A stretch of DNA of 64,000 nucleotides from Candidatus Multivoradales bacterium (GTDB lineage Bacteria; Acidobacteriota; Thermoanaerobaculia; Multivoradales; J023). Below, one piece after another: positions 18,937-28,831 of the stretch. Position 1 is the stretch's first letter. Every line of letters starts with the position of its first letter. The notes under the pieces are model-generated. The model saw nothing but the letters and a program-made list of their open reading frames with translations, had not been told where the DNA came from and ran no database searches. The position numbers and the translations under genes are program-made. The stretch lies in NCBI GenBank assembly GCA_965248925.1, contig CBDFLE010000006.1, forward strand, positions 704,001 to 768,000, written 5' to 3'.

Positions 18937-20748
18937 ATGAGTGGTGAGCATGACCTCGAAGTTGTGGCCCTCCGTCAGCTATTGGCGCAGACCACGCAGG
19001 ACTATGAGGAACAGATCTCTGAGCTGCTGGCCGAAAAGGAGCTAGCTCAGATTACTCTAGCCTCGATCGGTGACGCGGTGGTGACCACCGACGCCGAGGC
19101 TCGGGTGAGCTACCTCAATCCAGTGGCCGAAGAACTCAGCGGCTGGAGCAACCAAGAGGGTACCGGTCGCCAGCTGAGCGAGGTACTGGCCTTTGTCGAC
19201 GAGCGCGACGGCTCGCCGATGGAACTCGACCTCTCCTCCTGCCTGATCGAAGGCCGCAAGCTCTTCTTGACCGACCAGATCAGCCTGCTGCGTCGTGGTG
19301 GCAAACGCTTTGCCATCGAATCCAGTGCTTCGGCGATTCGCGACCGCGACGATGAAATCATCGGCCTAGTGTTGGTATTTCAGGATGTCAGCGAAAAGCG
19401 TTTACTCTCCCTGCAACTAACCCGCGCCGCCAACTACGACGGGCTCACCGGACTGCTCAATCGCGAGGCCTTCGAGCAGCACCTCTACACCGCCTTGCAG
19501 GAAAGTCGCGAAACCGACTGCTGCCAGGCTCTGTGCTACATCGACTTGGATCAGTTCAAAGTGGTCAACGACACCTGCGGCCACCCAGCGGGTGACCAGC
19601 TGCTGCAGTGGATCGCCAGCCTGATTCGCGAGCGAGTGCGCGACTCCGATGTCTTCGCCCGCCTCGGCGGCGACGAGTTCGGTCTGTTGCTGCACAACTG
19701 CCCGGTGGACGCCGCGCGGCGGATCGCCGAGCAGATTCATCAGGCGCTGCGCGAATTCCGCTTCATCTGGGACGGCAACAGCTTCGCCATCGGCCTATCG
19801 GTCGGGTTAGTTCCGGTAGATGCCAGCTTCAAAGATCTCGCCGAACTACTCGGCGCCGCTGACCAGGCTTGCTACATGGCCAAGCAAAAGGGCCGCAGAC
19901 GGACTCAAGTCTATGAGCGCGGCGACCTTGAGATCCGCCGCCATCAGGGGCAGATGAATTGGGTGGTGCGTCTGCAGAGAGCGCTCGACGAGAATCATTT
20001 CCAACTTTATTGGCAACGCATTCTGCCCCTCGCCGACGATCCCAAGAAGTTGTTCTTCGAGGTGTTGCTGCGGCTCGAGGATGCCGAGGGTCGGCTGCAA
20101 ACACCGAGCGAGTTTCTGCCGGCGGCTGAGCGCTACGGCTTGATGCAGACCATCGATCGCTGGGTGGTAGAACACACCATGGAGCTACTAGTCAGCCAGC
20201 CGCCCAACTTTCTGCGCTCTCTAGATTGCTGCGCGATCAATCTCTCCGGTGCTTCCCTCGGCGATGACAGCATGCTGGAGTTCATCGAAGACTGCTTGCA
20301 GCGGACCGGCGTCGCCGCGGAGAAACTCTGCTTCGAGATCACCGAAACGGCCGCGGTGAGCAATCTCGAACGCGCCATCGTGATGATCGAACGACTGACG
20401 GAGCAATCTTGCCGCTGGGCTCTCGACGATTTCGGCAGCGGCATGTCGTCCTACAGTTATCTACGCGAGCTGCCGGTGCATTTTCTGAAAATCGACGGCG
20501 GCATCGTCGGCGACCTGCTGTCCAGCCCGCTAAATCGAGAGATGGTCAAGTCGATCAATCAGATCGGTCATGTCATGGATGTCCGCACCATCGCCGAATC
20601 GGTGACCAGCGAGTCGATTCTCGAAGTGCTACGCGAGATCGGCGTCGACTATGCTCAAGGGTTCGGCATCGAGCGACCACGACCGATTGCGGCCCGCGAG
20701 AAAGCTGAGCAGCCGGTGTCAATCGGCGGTGCTCTTAACGCTCCCTGA
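18937..20748 (+). CDS. PAS-GGDEF-EAL diguanylate cyclase/phosphodiesterase
   Basis: TLASIGDAVVTTD (PAS), DLDQFKVVND...ARLGGDEF, EVLLR, FEITETA, LDDFGSG, KIDG, QGF. Confidence 0.93.
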   Translation: MSGEHDLEVVALRQLLAQTTQDYEEQISELLAEKELAQITLASIGDAVVTTDAEARVSYLNPVAEELSGWSNQEGTGRQLSEVLAFVDERDGSPMELDLSSCLIEGRKLFLTDQISLLRRGGKRFAIESSASAIRDRDDEIIGLVLVFQDVSEKRLLSLQLTRAANYDGLTGLLNREAFEQHLYTALQESRETDCCQALCYIDLDQFKVVNDTCGHPAGDQLLQWIASLIRERVRDSDVFARLGGDEFGLLLHNCPVDAARRIAEQIHQALREFRFIWDGNSFAIGLSVGLVPVDASFKDLAELLGAADQACYMAKQKGRRRTQVYERGDLEIRRHQGQMNWVVRLQRALDENHFQLYWQRILPLADDPKKLFFEVLLRLEDAEGRLQTPSEFLPAAERYGLMQTIDRWVVEHTMELLVSQPPNFLRSLDCCAINLSGASLGDDSMLEFIEDCLQRTGVAAEKLCFEITETAAVSNLERAIVMIERLTEQSCRWALDDFGSGMSSYSYLRELPVHFLKIDGGIVGDLLSSPLNREMVKSINQIGHVMDVRTIAESVTSESILEVLREIGVDYAQGFGIERPRPIAAREKAEQPVSIGGALNAP

Positions 20749-21296
20749 CTGCCGCCGGATCTCCTTCCGTGGCCTGCTGTTGCAACGTCAGGTCCCGCCG
20801 TAGCAATTCGGCCTGCTCCTCGAAGCGTTCTGCGGCGCCATAGAGATACGCCAACTGCAATCGCGCTACGTGCGGCCATGGGTGCCCTGCCCATAAGCCC
20901 CCTCCCACACCACCAGCCCCCTCGACCAACTCCATAGCGACGAAAGGCTGACCATGGTCCGTCTCACCCCTTTCGAAAAGCACCGCGACATTGGGATGGG
21001 CGAGTCGCGCCAGGGCCCGGCACTCACCGAGGAAGCGTAGCTGGCGCAGCTCGTCCCGCAGGTTGTCGAGCACCTTGATCGCTACCCGTCGATAGAGCGG
21101 TTCGTGTTGCTCACCGAGATAGACCCGACCCATCAAGCCGTCGCCGAGCAACTTCACGCCCTGGAAGCGGCCGAGATGCGCGGGCAGTTCCGTCGGCGCA
21201 TTCACGGTCGAGCAACTGCTGGCGGGCGGCACCTTCGCACCCCAAGGCCTCGGTCAACAGCTCGACCAGACGCCGCTGACCAGCAGTGTCATTCAC
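20735..21296 (-). pseudogene. Decayed Ser/Thr kinase paralogue (frameshift plus internal deletions)
   Basis: N-terminus resembles that of the upstream kinase, shifts frame into an N-lobe (LGDGLMGRVY, VAIKV, LAHPNVA, FVAMELVEG), then jumps to a TPR-like fragment; no HRD or DFG. Confidence 0.75.
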
Positions 21297-22740
21297 CGTC
21301 GGTACCGCTTGAGTTGGCCGAGAGTAGATCCTGCACCGGCAGCTGCTGCCGGCAGGTCGCTAGTTCCTCCTCGAGCAAAGCCTTGGCCTGAGTGGCACGG
21401 TGGGCGGTGAGCGCCACTCCCATGACCCCACCGAGCAACGATAGGGCGATCAAGATAGCCCCGACCACGGCGACTCGATGACGCCTGGCAAATCGGCTGG
21501 CCAAGTAGAGGGTCGAAGGGGGCCGAGCACCGACCGGCCGATGCTCCATGTAGCGTCGCAGATCCGTGGCCAAGCCAGCGGGCGAGCTGTAGCGCTGCTC
21601 ACGATCCTTGGCCATGGCCTTGCGCACGATGGCATCGAGATCACCTCGCAGAGCTCGCCTTAGACCCCGCGCCGAGGACCAGCGATTCTTTGCCAGACGG
21701 CGTTGTCGATCAGCATCCAAGCCATCCCAGCGTGAACTCAGCGAAGGTCTCGGCTGCTCACCGACACGCTTGAGGAAGAGTTGCATCGACTCGTCCTGGC
21801 GGCTCTCAATCGGTCGCACGCCGACTAGCAACTCGAATAGGAGCACCCCGAGCGAATAGACATCTGCCCGAGTGTCGAGATCGCTGGGACCAAAACCAAC
21901 GGCTTCTGGGCTCATGTAAGCCGGCGAGCCGATCACAAAATGGTCCAGGGTGAGATGGGCGCTGGTGAGCAAGTTTCCATCGAGGGCACTGGCTATACCG
22001 AAGTCGATCAACTTGGCCATCGACCGATTGTCGACCTCGGTCACCAACACGTTGGCCGGCTTGATATCGCGATGTAAGAGGCCCTTCTCATGGGCGTGCC
22101 GCACTCCCGCGCAGACCCCGCAGAAGAGTTCGATCCGACGGCTGAAACCCAACTCGCGCTGGTCGCACCATGCGGTGATCGGCGCGCCTTCTACCGGCTC
22201 CATGGCAACAAAAGGATGACCGTCCTCGGTAGTGCCCACCTCGTACAGGGCCGCCACATTGGGATGGCTAAGCCTCGCCAGCGCCTGACACTCGGCGGCG
22301 AAGCGCTCGTGTTGCCGGCCACGGTCGTGAATCGAGTCGATAACTTTGAGCGCCGCGCGCCGACGTACCGGCTGGGTCTGCTCGCCGAGATAGACCGCCC
22401 CCATGCCGCCCTTGCCGAGTCGTTCGATAATCCGGTACCGACCCAACCACTCGGGCACCGGCAGCGGTACGGACTGCCGCGATTCAGTGCGCGACGGCGG
22501 ACTGGCTGGCGGCTGCCACGAATCGCCCAAGTCCAAGGCGTCTGGTAACGCGGCCCCGCTGGGACGCAGAAAATCATCGTCCAGCACCGCAGCCTCGCTG
22601 AGCAACGCTTCGAGCTCGCTGAGCAGCTGGCTGTCTCTAGCGCAGTGGAGAGTGAGAAACTGCTGTAACTCGGCGCCGCTAAGGTCGAGGGCCTCGGGCA
22701 ACAGCTCGACGACCCGCTGTCGCCGCTCTGCATCCTTCAC
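21289..22740 (-). CDS. Membrane Ser/Thr protein kinase
   Basis: LGKGGMGAVY, ALKV, HRDIKPAN, DFG, GSPAYMSPE, DVYSLG, LRGDLDAIV and a C-terminal TM helix; GTGA overlap with the ECF stop. Confidence 0.92.
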   Translation of the reverse strand: MKDAERRQRVVELLPEALDLSGAELQQFLTLHCARDSQLLSELEALLSEAAVLDDDFLRPSGAALPDALDLGDSWQPPASPPSRTESRQSVPLPVPEWLGRYRIIERLGKGGMGAVYLGEQTQPVRRRAALKVIDSIHDRGRQHERFAAECQALARLSHPNVAALYEVGTTEDGHPFVAMEPVEGAPITAWCDQRELGFSRRIELFCGVCAGVRHAHEKGLLHRDIKPANVLVTEVDNRSMAKLIDFGIASALDGNLLTSAHLTLDHFVIGSPAYMSPEAVGFGPSDLDTRADVYSLGVLLFELLVGVRPIESRQDESMQLFLKRVGEQPRPSLSSRWDGLDADRQRRLAKNRWSSARGLRRALRGDLDAIVRKAMAKDREQRYSSPAGLATDLRRYMEHRPVGARPPSTLYLASRFARRHRVAVVGAILIALSLLGGVMGVALTAHRATQAKALLEEELATCRQQLPVQDLLSANSSGTDGE

Positions 22741-23300
22741 CCTTTCATCTCGGTCTTCAACCACACGCGCGCCGCCCGCCAAGTTCTGGTGACCGTCGGC
22801 CGCGACACCTCTAGCACCGCGGCCACTTCCGCTTCGGTAAGGCCGGCGAAGAAACGCAGCTCGACAACCTGCGCCATCCGCGCATTGATCTCGCCCAACT
22901 GGGTCAAGGCTTGATCCAAGGCCAGCACATCGAGCCCCTCGGCGGTCGCCGGCTCTGGAGCGTTGTCCAGCGGCACCAAGGCTTCAGCGGGAATCCGCTT
23001 ACCGGCCCGCTTGCGCCGCGCATGCTCGACCAGAATGCGGCGCATGGCGATCGCCGCGGTGGAAAAGAAGTGACGGCGATCGTTGTAGCGCGGCTGCTCA
23101 CCACTGAACAGCCGCAGGTAAGCCTCGTGAATCAGCTCGGTGGCGGCGAGTGAATTCTTGGCACCGTCCTGCTTGAGAAAGAACCCAGCGTGGCGGCGCA
23201 GCTCGTCGTAAACGAACGGCAGAATCTCCTCAACCGCGTCTTGGCTGTATGCGGCACCGCGGAGGATCCGGGTAATTGTCTGACCACCTTCTATGGGCAT
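22737..23300 (-). CDS. ECF sigma factor, TIGR02999-type, kinase-associated
   Basis: VYDELRRHA, ATELIHEAYLRL, AMRRILVEHARRK, VVELRFFAGLT, WRAARVWL. Confidence 0.92.
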   Translation of the reverse strand: MPIEGGQTITRILRGAAYSQDAVEEILPFVYDELRRHAGFFLKQDGAKNSLAATELIHEAYLRLFSGEQPRYNDRRHFFSTAAIAMRRILVEHARRKRAGKRIPAEALVPLDNAPEPATAEGLDVLALDQALTQLGEINARMAQVVELRFFAGLTEAEVAAVLEVSRPTVTRTWRAARVWLKTEMKG

Positions 23301-23711
23301 CCCCTGGCAGCTTAGCAGGCACGACTCTAGTTCCAAGCCTGCCCAGAGACTAACTGTCGAGGATCGACGTGCGCCGCCCCTTGCTCGCGGACTTATCGAG
23401 CCCGAAGCACCCTCCGGTCGAGTTGGCACCAAAGACGGATTCGCTAGATGCACTCTGAGTGTGGTCGCGGAGCCAACGGACATCGACCAGCTGCTCGTCG
23501 AAAGCTGGACCTTCGATGTCCCAATCCACGATTGAGAACCCACCCACCACCGAGGCTGAAGTGCTGCTGTTCATCGGTCACCTCTTGAGACGAAATGTCC
23601 TCTCACTTCCCCAATGCGCGAGAAGCTGGCCAGGTGAATCGACGCTGAATACGGCTCGGGCCGCCGAGCAGGTGCCGGCGGCCCGCTAGAAAAACCTGGA
23701 GGGCGGTAGAA

Positions 23712-26700
23712 CTAGCCAGCTGAGATCCGCCGCAGCGCTCCCCAACCCAGGCCCAGAGCGAGCAGCAGCAGTCCCCAACCCCCGAGGGTCGGAATCTCCA
23801 GCACTAGGCCGCGCACCTCGACCACCGCCACCGCCACGTCGCCAGGACCGCCCACCACCGTAACTCCGCCCACCGAGGCTTCGAGCGGGCTGGTCTGATT
23901 GGTGACCGTGCCGTCAGTAGCATCGCCCGGTACGGTGAAATCGACGGTGAAGACACAGCTGCCGAGAGGCGCCAAGCTGCCGCCGGTCAGAGTCAGCACC
24001 GAGGTACCCGCGACTAACGAGCCCACCCCACAGACATCGCTCTGCGGTAGACCGAAGGTCTGCATTCCGGCCAGCACCGCATCGAGATCATCGCTGAACG
24101 TCAAGTCAGTGGCGGCGTTCGCCGGATCCGGGTTGCTGAGGGTGAAAATCAGCGTCGAGATGCTGCCGGCAGTGACCGACGCATCCTGGAATGCCTTGCT
24201 GAAGCCAAAGAACTCGATCACCAGGTCGGCCGCCGCGCCGCTGACGCTGAGCGCCCCGCCACCCGCGGTGCCGGTGAGCTGACTGGTGACGCTCGGGTAG
24301 GTCCCGGCGATGGCTGTTGGCGGTACCTGCAAAATGGCGGAGAAGGTACACGAACCGCTCGCCGGCAGCATGCCGCCGCTCAGAGTCAGTAGCGAAGTGC
24401 CACCGAAGGTCGATCCGACGCCGCAAGGGTCGGTGCCGGCAAGGCCCACCGCTACCAAGCCAGGTATCACCGCGTCAAGATCGTCGGTGAACGCCAGGCC
24501 CATCACCGCCGTATCCGGCGACGGATTGGTGATCGTGTACGCCAACTCCACCATGCCCCCTGGCAGCACCGGGCTGAGCACGAACTGCTTGCTGAAGCCC
24601 AGCTCTCCAACCACCGTCAACGTGGCGCTGGCGCTGCCGGCGTTGCCCGCATCCGAGGTCAGATCGCCGGTGGTGTTGAGGTAAACCCCCTGGGTGTCGC
24701 TGCTCACCTCGACCGTCACCGTGCAGGTCGCCATCGCCGCCACCGAGCCACCGTTGTAGGTGATCGTCGCGGCGCCGTCGGCGGCGGTCAGGGTGCCGCC
24801 CACACAGCTGGTCGCGGCGCTCGACGGCGTCGCCACCACCATGCCAGCCGGCAGGTTGTCGGTGAAGTCCAGGGCCGTAGCGGCCGTTGTTGAAGCACTG
24901 TTATCGATCGTCAGAGTGAGGGTCGAAACACCGCCGACCAGGATCGGATCCGGCGCGAAGCTCTTGCTGAATCCTGGCTGCGGGTCGACCGTCAGCGCGG
25001 CGCTGGCGGTGCCGCTGTTGCCCGCACTCGACATCAAGTCGCCGGTGGTGTTGACCAACATGCCGAGAGCCGAAGTCACCACGTCGACCTGCACCTGGCA
25101 GGTAATTCCCGCCGCCACCGAGCCACCGTTGTAGCTCACCACCGCTGTGCCGGCAATCGCCGTCAAGGCGCCGCCGGTGCAAGTGGTCGAGGCGGTGGGC
25201 ACCACCGCCACCAGCATCCCTGCCGGCAGGCTGTCGGTGAAGTCCAGGCTCGATGCGCTGAGTGCGCTGGCGGAGTTGTCGATCGTCAAGGTCAGAGTTG
25301 ACTGCTGACCCAGGCCCACCGCCAGCGGAGCGAAGCCCTTGGCGAAGACCGGCGGCGGCTCGATCGTGAGGTCCGCGGTCGCCGGCTCGGCCACTTCCAG
25401 GCCGTCGCGGAAGAGGTCACTAGTGGTGTTGGGGAAAGTGCCGGCGCTCGCACTCGCTGGCACCAGCACCTCCACATCGAATGAACACATGCCACCCAGA
25501 GGCGGCAGCTCACCACCGGTGAAGCTGAGGAACGACACCCCGGTGAGCGAAGACCCCAGACCACAAGGCAGGGCCGGCAGACTGATCGCAATCAGCCCCG
25601 ATATCACCGCATCAAGATCGTCCGAAAACGCGATGCCGGTGACCATGTCGGCACCCGGGTTAGTGATGGTGAAGGTCAGGATCGCCGTACCGGTCGCGGT
25701 GGTGGGGCCATCGAAAGATTTGCTAAAAGTCAGCAGCTGGATGATTTCCAGAGCGTCGCTGGCCGCATCGCCAACCACCGAGAAACCGCCGAGGGTGCCG
25801 GTCACACCACTAGTGGTGTTGGTGTAAATGCCGGCGGCACTGCCTCCGGGAACCGTCAGAGAAACCCGCAGAGTACAGGTCCCACCCGCAGAGAGACCCG
25901 CGCCGGTCACCGTGATCATGTCGGACCCGGTGCCGGATACCGTGCCGCCACAAGTATCGAGCAGCACGCTGTCGAAAGTCAGACCGCTCAAGGTAGCGCC
26001 CAGGTCGTCGGTGAAATCAATGCTCGAAGCCGCTTGGCTGGCATCGGCATTGGTCAGGGTGAATTCCAGAGTGACGCTATCGCCCGGAGCCACCGGATCG
26101 TCGGTAAACGCCTTGGTGAACAGCAGTAAGTTAGAGTTGATGGTCAGATTATCGGTCGCGGGATCGATGGTGACCGCGCCGCCTTGAGTGGCCGTAAGGC
26201 TGCTGGTGACGTTGGAGTAGTCCCCATCCGCAGCCCCGGCCGGAACCAGAACATCGAACTCGATGGTGCAGGTCGATCCGATCGTCAGACTGCCACCCAC
26301 ATAGCTCAGAGAGCCGGTGCCTAGAAGTCCTGGAGTTCCGCCACAGGTGTCCGCTGACGGCGGCAAGCTGGTGGTGAGATCCGGGATGCCTGGCAGAACG
26401 GCATCCAAGGAGTCGGTGAAAAAGATGGCAGTGGCATCGTCGGTCGGGCTGATGTTCCCGAGGGTGAAGCGTAGGGTCACCATCTCGCCAGCGATCACCG
26501 GATCGCCAAGGAACTCTTTGGTGAAGGTCAGGCCGGCGACCTTGAGATCGTCGCTAGCCGGCGCCGAAGTCGCCACCAGGCCCTCTACCGTAGCGGCGAC
26601 GCCACTGGTGGTGTTGGCGTGGCTGCCAGGAGCCGCCCCGATCGGTACATCGAGGGTAACGCTGAAGGTGCAGCTGCCACCCGGCACCAAGGTGCCACCC

Positions 26701-28670
26701 AGCAGAGTCAGCAGGGTGTCTCCCGCCGAGCCGGTCAGCATAGAGCCCGCACCGCAGGGCGGGTCGGGGGTCGAGGGCAGGTTGGCGGTCAAGCCAGCCA
26801 GGAAAGTCAGGTCGTCGGTGAAGGTAATACCAGTGGCGTCGGTGGTGGCGTTCGAAGAGTGCGTCAGGGTGAATTCGAGGGTGGCGGTACCCCCTGGGGC
26901 CACCGGATCGTTAGTAAAGCTCTTGCTCAAGCTGGGGGCGGCAATGACCGTGAAGTCGTCGCTAGCAGGATCCCCGGTACGCGTCGCGCCATCCACGGTA
27001 GCAGTGATTTCGCTGGTGACGTTGGGGTAGATGCCAGGAGACGCACCAGCATTGACATCGAGGGTGATGGAGAAGGTACAAGAGTCTCCCGCCATCCCCG
27101 CCGGTGCCAAAATACCGCCCGAGATGGCCACCTGGGCTGGAATAACACTGTCCAGCGGAGGATTGAAGAGCGGAGTGAAGGTGCAAATCGACCCGGCCCC
27201 ACAGCAGCCGTTTCCCGGCGTTGCGGACGCCGTCGCCAGCACGGAGTCGAACATGTCCACAAAAGCGATTTCGGTGGCGCTCGACGTGGTGCTGGTGTTG
27301 CTGACGGTGAACTCGAGCACGATCGTATCGCCGGGGTTCACCGGATCACCCATGAACACCTTGGTCAGCACCGGCGCGGGCTCGACGAATAGGTCGTCCG
27401 AAGCCATGTTGCCAACCACCGGCGAACCGTCGACGGTGGCGGTGATCGCAGTCGTGGTGTTGGTGTAGCTGCCGGGGGTGGCAGCGACTGGAACCGACAG
27501 ACTCACGCTGATCGTGCAAGAGGCCTCCGGCGCCAAAGTGCCGCCGGTAAAGCTGATGCTGGTGCCGCCAGCTCCCGCAACCGAGCCGCCGCAGTCGTTC
27601 GCCAGCAGACTGTCAAAGGTCAGACCGGCAAGAGCAGGCACCAAGGTGGTGAGGTCGTCGGTGAAGGCGAGGCCGGTGGCCGAGAATAGGCGATTGAAAT
27701 TGTCGAGGGTGAAGTCCAGGGTCACCGAACCACCGGGCGGAACCGGGTCGTCGGTGAAAGATTTCTGTAGGGCCAGGGGAGCCACCGTCACCTCGAGGGT
27801 GGCGCTCGCCTTGCCGGCGGAGAAGATGGAGAAGGAGAAACCGCTACGGTAGGTCAGCTCGCCGCTCAGGTTGTCGAGCGAGCCGGCGCCAACACCTACC
27901 ACGTCGAGAGTGATGGTACAGCTGCCGCCGACCGGTACCACTTCGAATCCCGGAACCGCCGAACCTACGGCAAACAATGTGACCACATCAGTGCCAGGGA
28001 CCGCGGTAAGGGTGAAATCGAAGGTGCCACAGGTGGTCGCGGTGTTAGCGGGATCAGCAACCTCAATCCCGGCCGGGAAATTGTCGGTAAAGGCCAAGAA
28101 GGTCAACGCCAACGCACCGAGAGAGTTGTCAAAAGTGAAAGTCAGCGTACTGCGGTCGCCGAGTGGGATCGAACTCGGCGCGAAGCTCTTGGAAAAACCG
28201 GGTCGGGTGATATCGACGGTGAGATCGACCGGCAGACTCATACTGCTGCCGGCGCTCGAACTCAGAGTGACGGCCGCGTTGGTGTGCGCACCCGGGGTGC
28301 TGGCGGTCACATCCACGGTGACGGTGCAAGACAGAAAGGCCCCGAGCCGCGCGTCGCTCAGAGTGATGGTCGAGCCACCGTCCGGTGCGCTGAGGCTGCC
28401 GCTGATTCCAAGATCACAGTCGGTCGAGGCGTTGGCCGGATCGGCGATGCTCAGCGGTCCGGGCAACACCGGCAGAGTGTCGGAAAACGCCAGGCCGGTG
28501 ATCAGCGAGGCGCTGCCGTTGGTGATGGTGAAGGTCGCTGTCGAGACACTGCCGGGACCGATGGTGCTCGGAGTGAACACCTTGGTCAAGGTCGGCTGCG
28601 CCAACGCCGCACCGGTCAACGATAAGAAGAGACAAAATTGCCCGAGGGTTACGCCAATAGTCCGCCGCAT
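23712..28670 (-). CDS. 1652-aa surface protein with 12 DUF11-like Ig repeats and an IPTL-CTERM sorting signal
   Basis: Signal peptide; 12 repeats starting xxKxF, with FTDxL, C..C and NTT motifs; C-terminus EIPTLGGWGLLLLALGLGWGALRR. Confidence 0.88.
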   Translation of the reverse strand: MRRTIGVTLGQFCLFLSLTGAALAQPTLTKVFTPSTIGPGSVSTATFTITNGSASLITGLAFSDTLPVLPGPLSIADPANASTDCDLGISGSLSAPDGGSTITLSDARLGAFLSCTVTVDVTASTPGAHTNAAVTLSSSAGSSMSLPVDLTVDITRPGFSKSFAPSSIPLGDRSTLTFTFDNSLGALALTFLAFTDNFPAGIEVADPANTATTCGTFDFTLTAVPGTDVVTLFAVGSAVPGFEVVPVGGSCTITLDVVGVGAGSLDNLSGELTYRSGFSFSIFSAGKASATLEVTVAPLALQKSFTDDPVPPGGSVTLDFTLDNFNRLFSATGLAFTDDLTTLVPALAGLTFDSLLANDCGGSVAGAGGTSISFTGGTLAPEASCTISVSLSVPVAATPGSYTNTTTAITATVDGSPVVGNMASDDLFVEPAPVLTKVFMGDPVNPGDTIVLEFTVSNTSTTSSATEIAFVDMFDSVLATASATPGNGCCGAGSICTFTPLFNPPLDSVIPAQVAISGGILAPAGMAGDSCTFSITLDVNAGASPGIYPNVTSEITATVDGATRTGDPASDDFTVIAAPSLSKSFTNDPVAPGGTATLEFTLTHSSNATTDATGITFTDDLTFLAGLTANLPSTPDPPCGAGSMLTGSAGDTLLTLLGGTLVPGGSCTFSVTLDVPIGAAPGSHANTTSGVAATVEGLVATSAPASDDLKVAGLTFTKEFLGDPVIAGEMVTLRFTLGNISPTDDATAIFFTDSLDAVLPGIPDLTTSLPPSADTCGGTPGLLGTGSLSYVGGSLTIGSTCTIEFDVLVPAGAADGDYSNVTSSLTATQGGAVTIDPATDNLTINSNLLLFTKAFTDDPVAPGDSVTLEFTLTNADASQAASSIDFTDDLGATLSGLTFDSVLLDTCGGTVSGTGSDMITVTGAGLSAGGTCTLRVSLTVPGGSAAGIYTNTTSGVTGTLGGFSVVGDAASDALEIIQLLTFSKSFDGPTTATGTAILTFTITNPGADMVTGIAFSDDLDAVISGLIAISLPALPCGLGSSLTGVSFLSFTGGELPPLGGMCSFDVEVLVPASASAGTFPNTTSDLFRDGLEVAEPATADLTIEPPPVFAKGFAPLAVGLGQQSTLTLTIDNSASALSASSLDFTDSLPAGMLVAVVPTASTTCTGGALTAIAGTAVVSYNGGSVAAGITCQVQVDVVTSALGMLVNTTGDLMSSAGNSGTASAALTVDPQPGFSKSFAPDPILVGGVSTLTLTIDNSASTTAATALDFTDNLPAGMVVATPSSAATSCVGGTLTAADGAATITYNGGSVAAMATCTVTVEVSSDTQGVYLNTTGDLTSDAGNAGSASATLTVVGELGFSKQFVLSPVLPGGMVELAYTITNPSPDTAVMGLAFTDDLDAVIPGLVAVGLAGTDPCGVGSTFGGTSLLTLSGGMLPASGSCTFSAILQVPPTAIAGTYPSVTSQLTGTAGGGALSVSGAAADLVIEFFGFSKAFQDASVTAGSISTLIFTLSNPDPANAATDLTFSDDLDAVLAGMQTFGLPQSDVCGVGSLVAGTSVLTLTGGSLAPLGSCVFTVDFTVPGDATDGTVTNQTSPLEASVGGVTVVGGPGDVAVAVVEVRGLVLEIPTLGGWGLLLLALGLGWGALRRISAG

Positions 28671-28831
28671 GATCCCACTCCCCCTGAGTTTGAAAGAGGG
28701 TCCATTAGATCATGGGTCGACCAGACGGTGACTCAACTTGACCGGCCAATGTCTCTGAAGCGGACTTTCTAGCCGCCGCTCCAGCCCTGGTCGGCTTCGG
28801 CACCGACCGGAGTTGAGTCCGGGCACAGCGC

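Noticed and set aside
23350-23574. 74-aa ORF between the adhesin and the ECF sigma factor
   Set aside because: No recognisable motif; may be real but cannot be supported from sequence alone
23899-28731. Long plus-strand ORFs antisense to the adhesin (and similar shadow ORFs elsewhere)
   Set aside because: Expected artefacts of high-GC codon bias on the opposite strand of real genes
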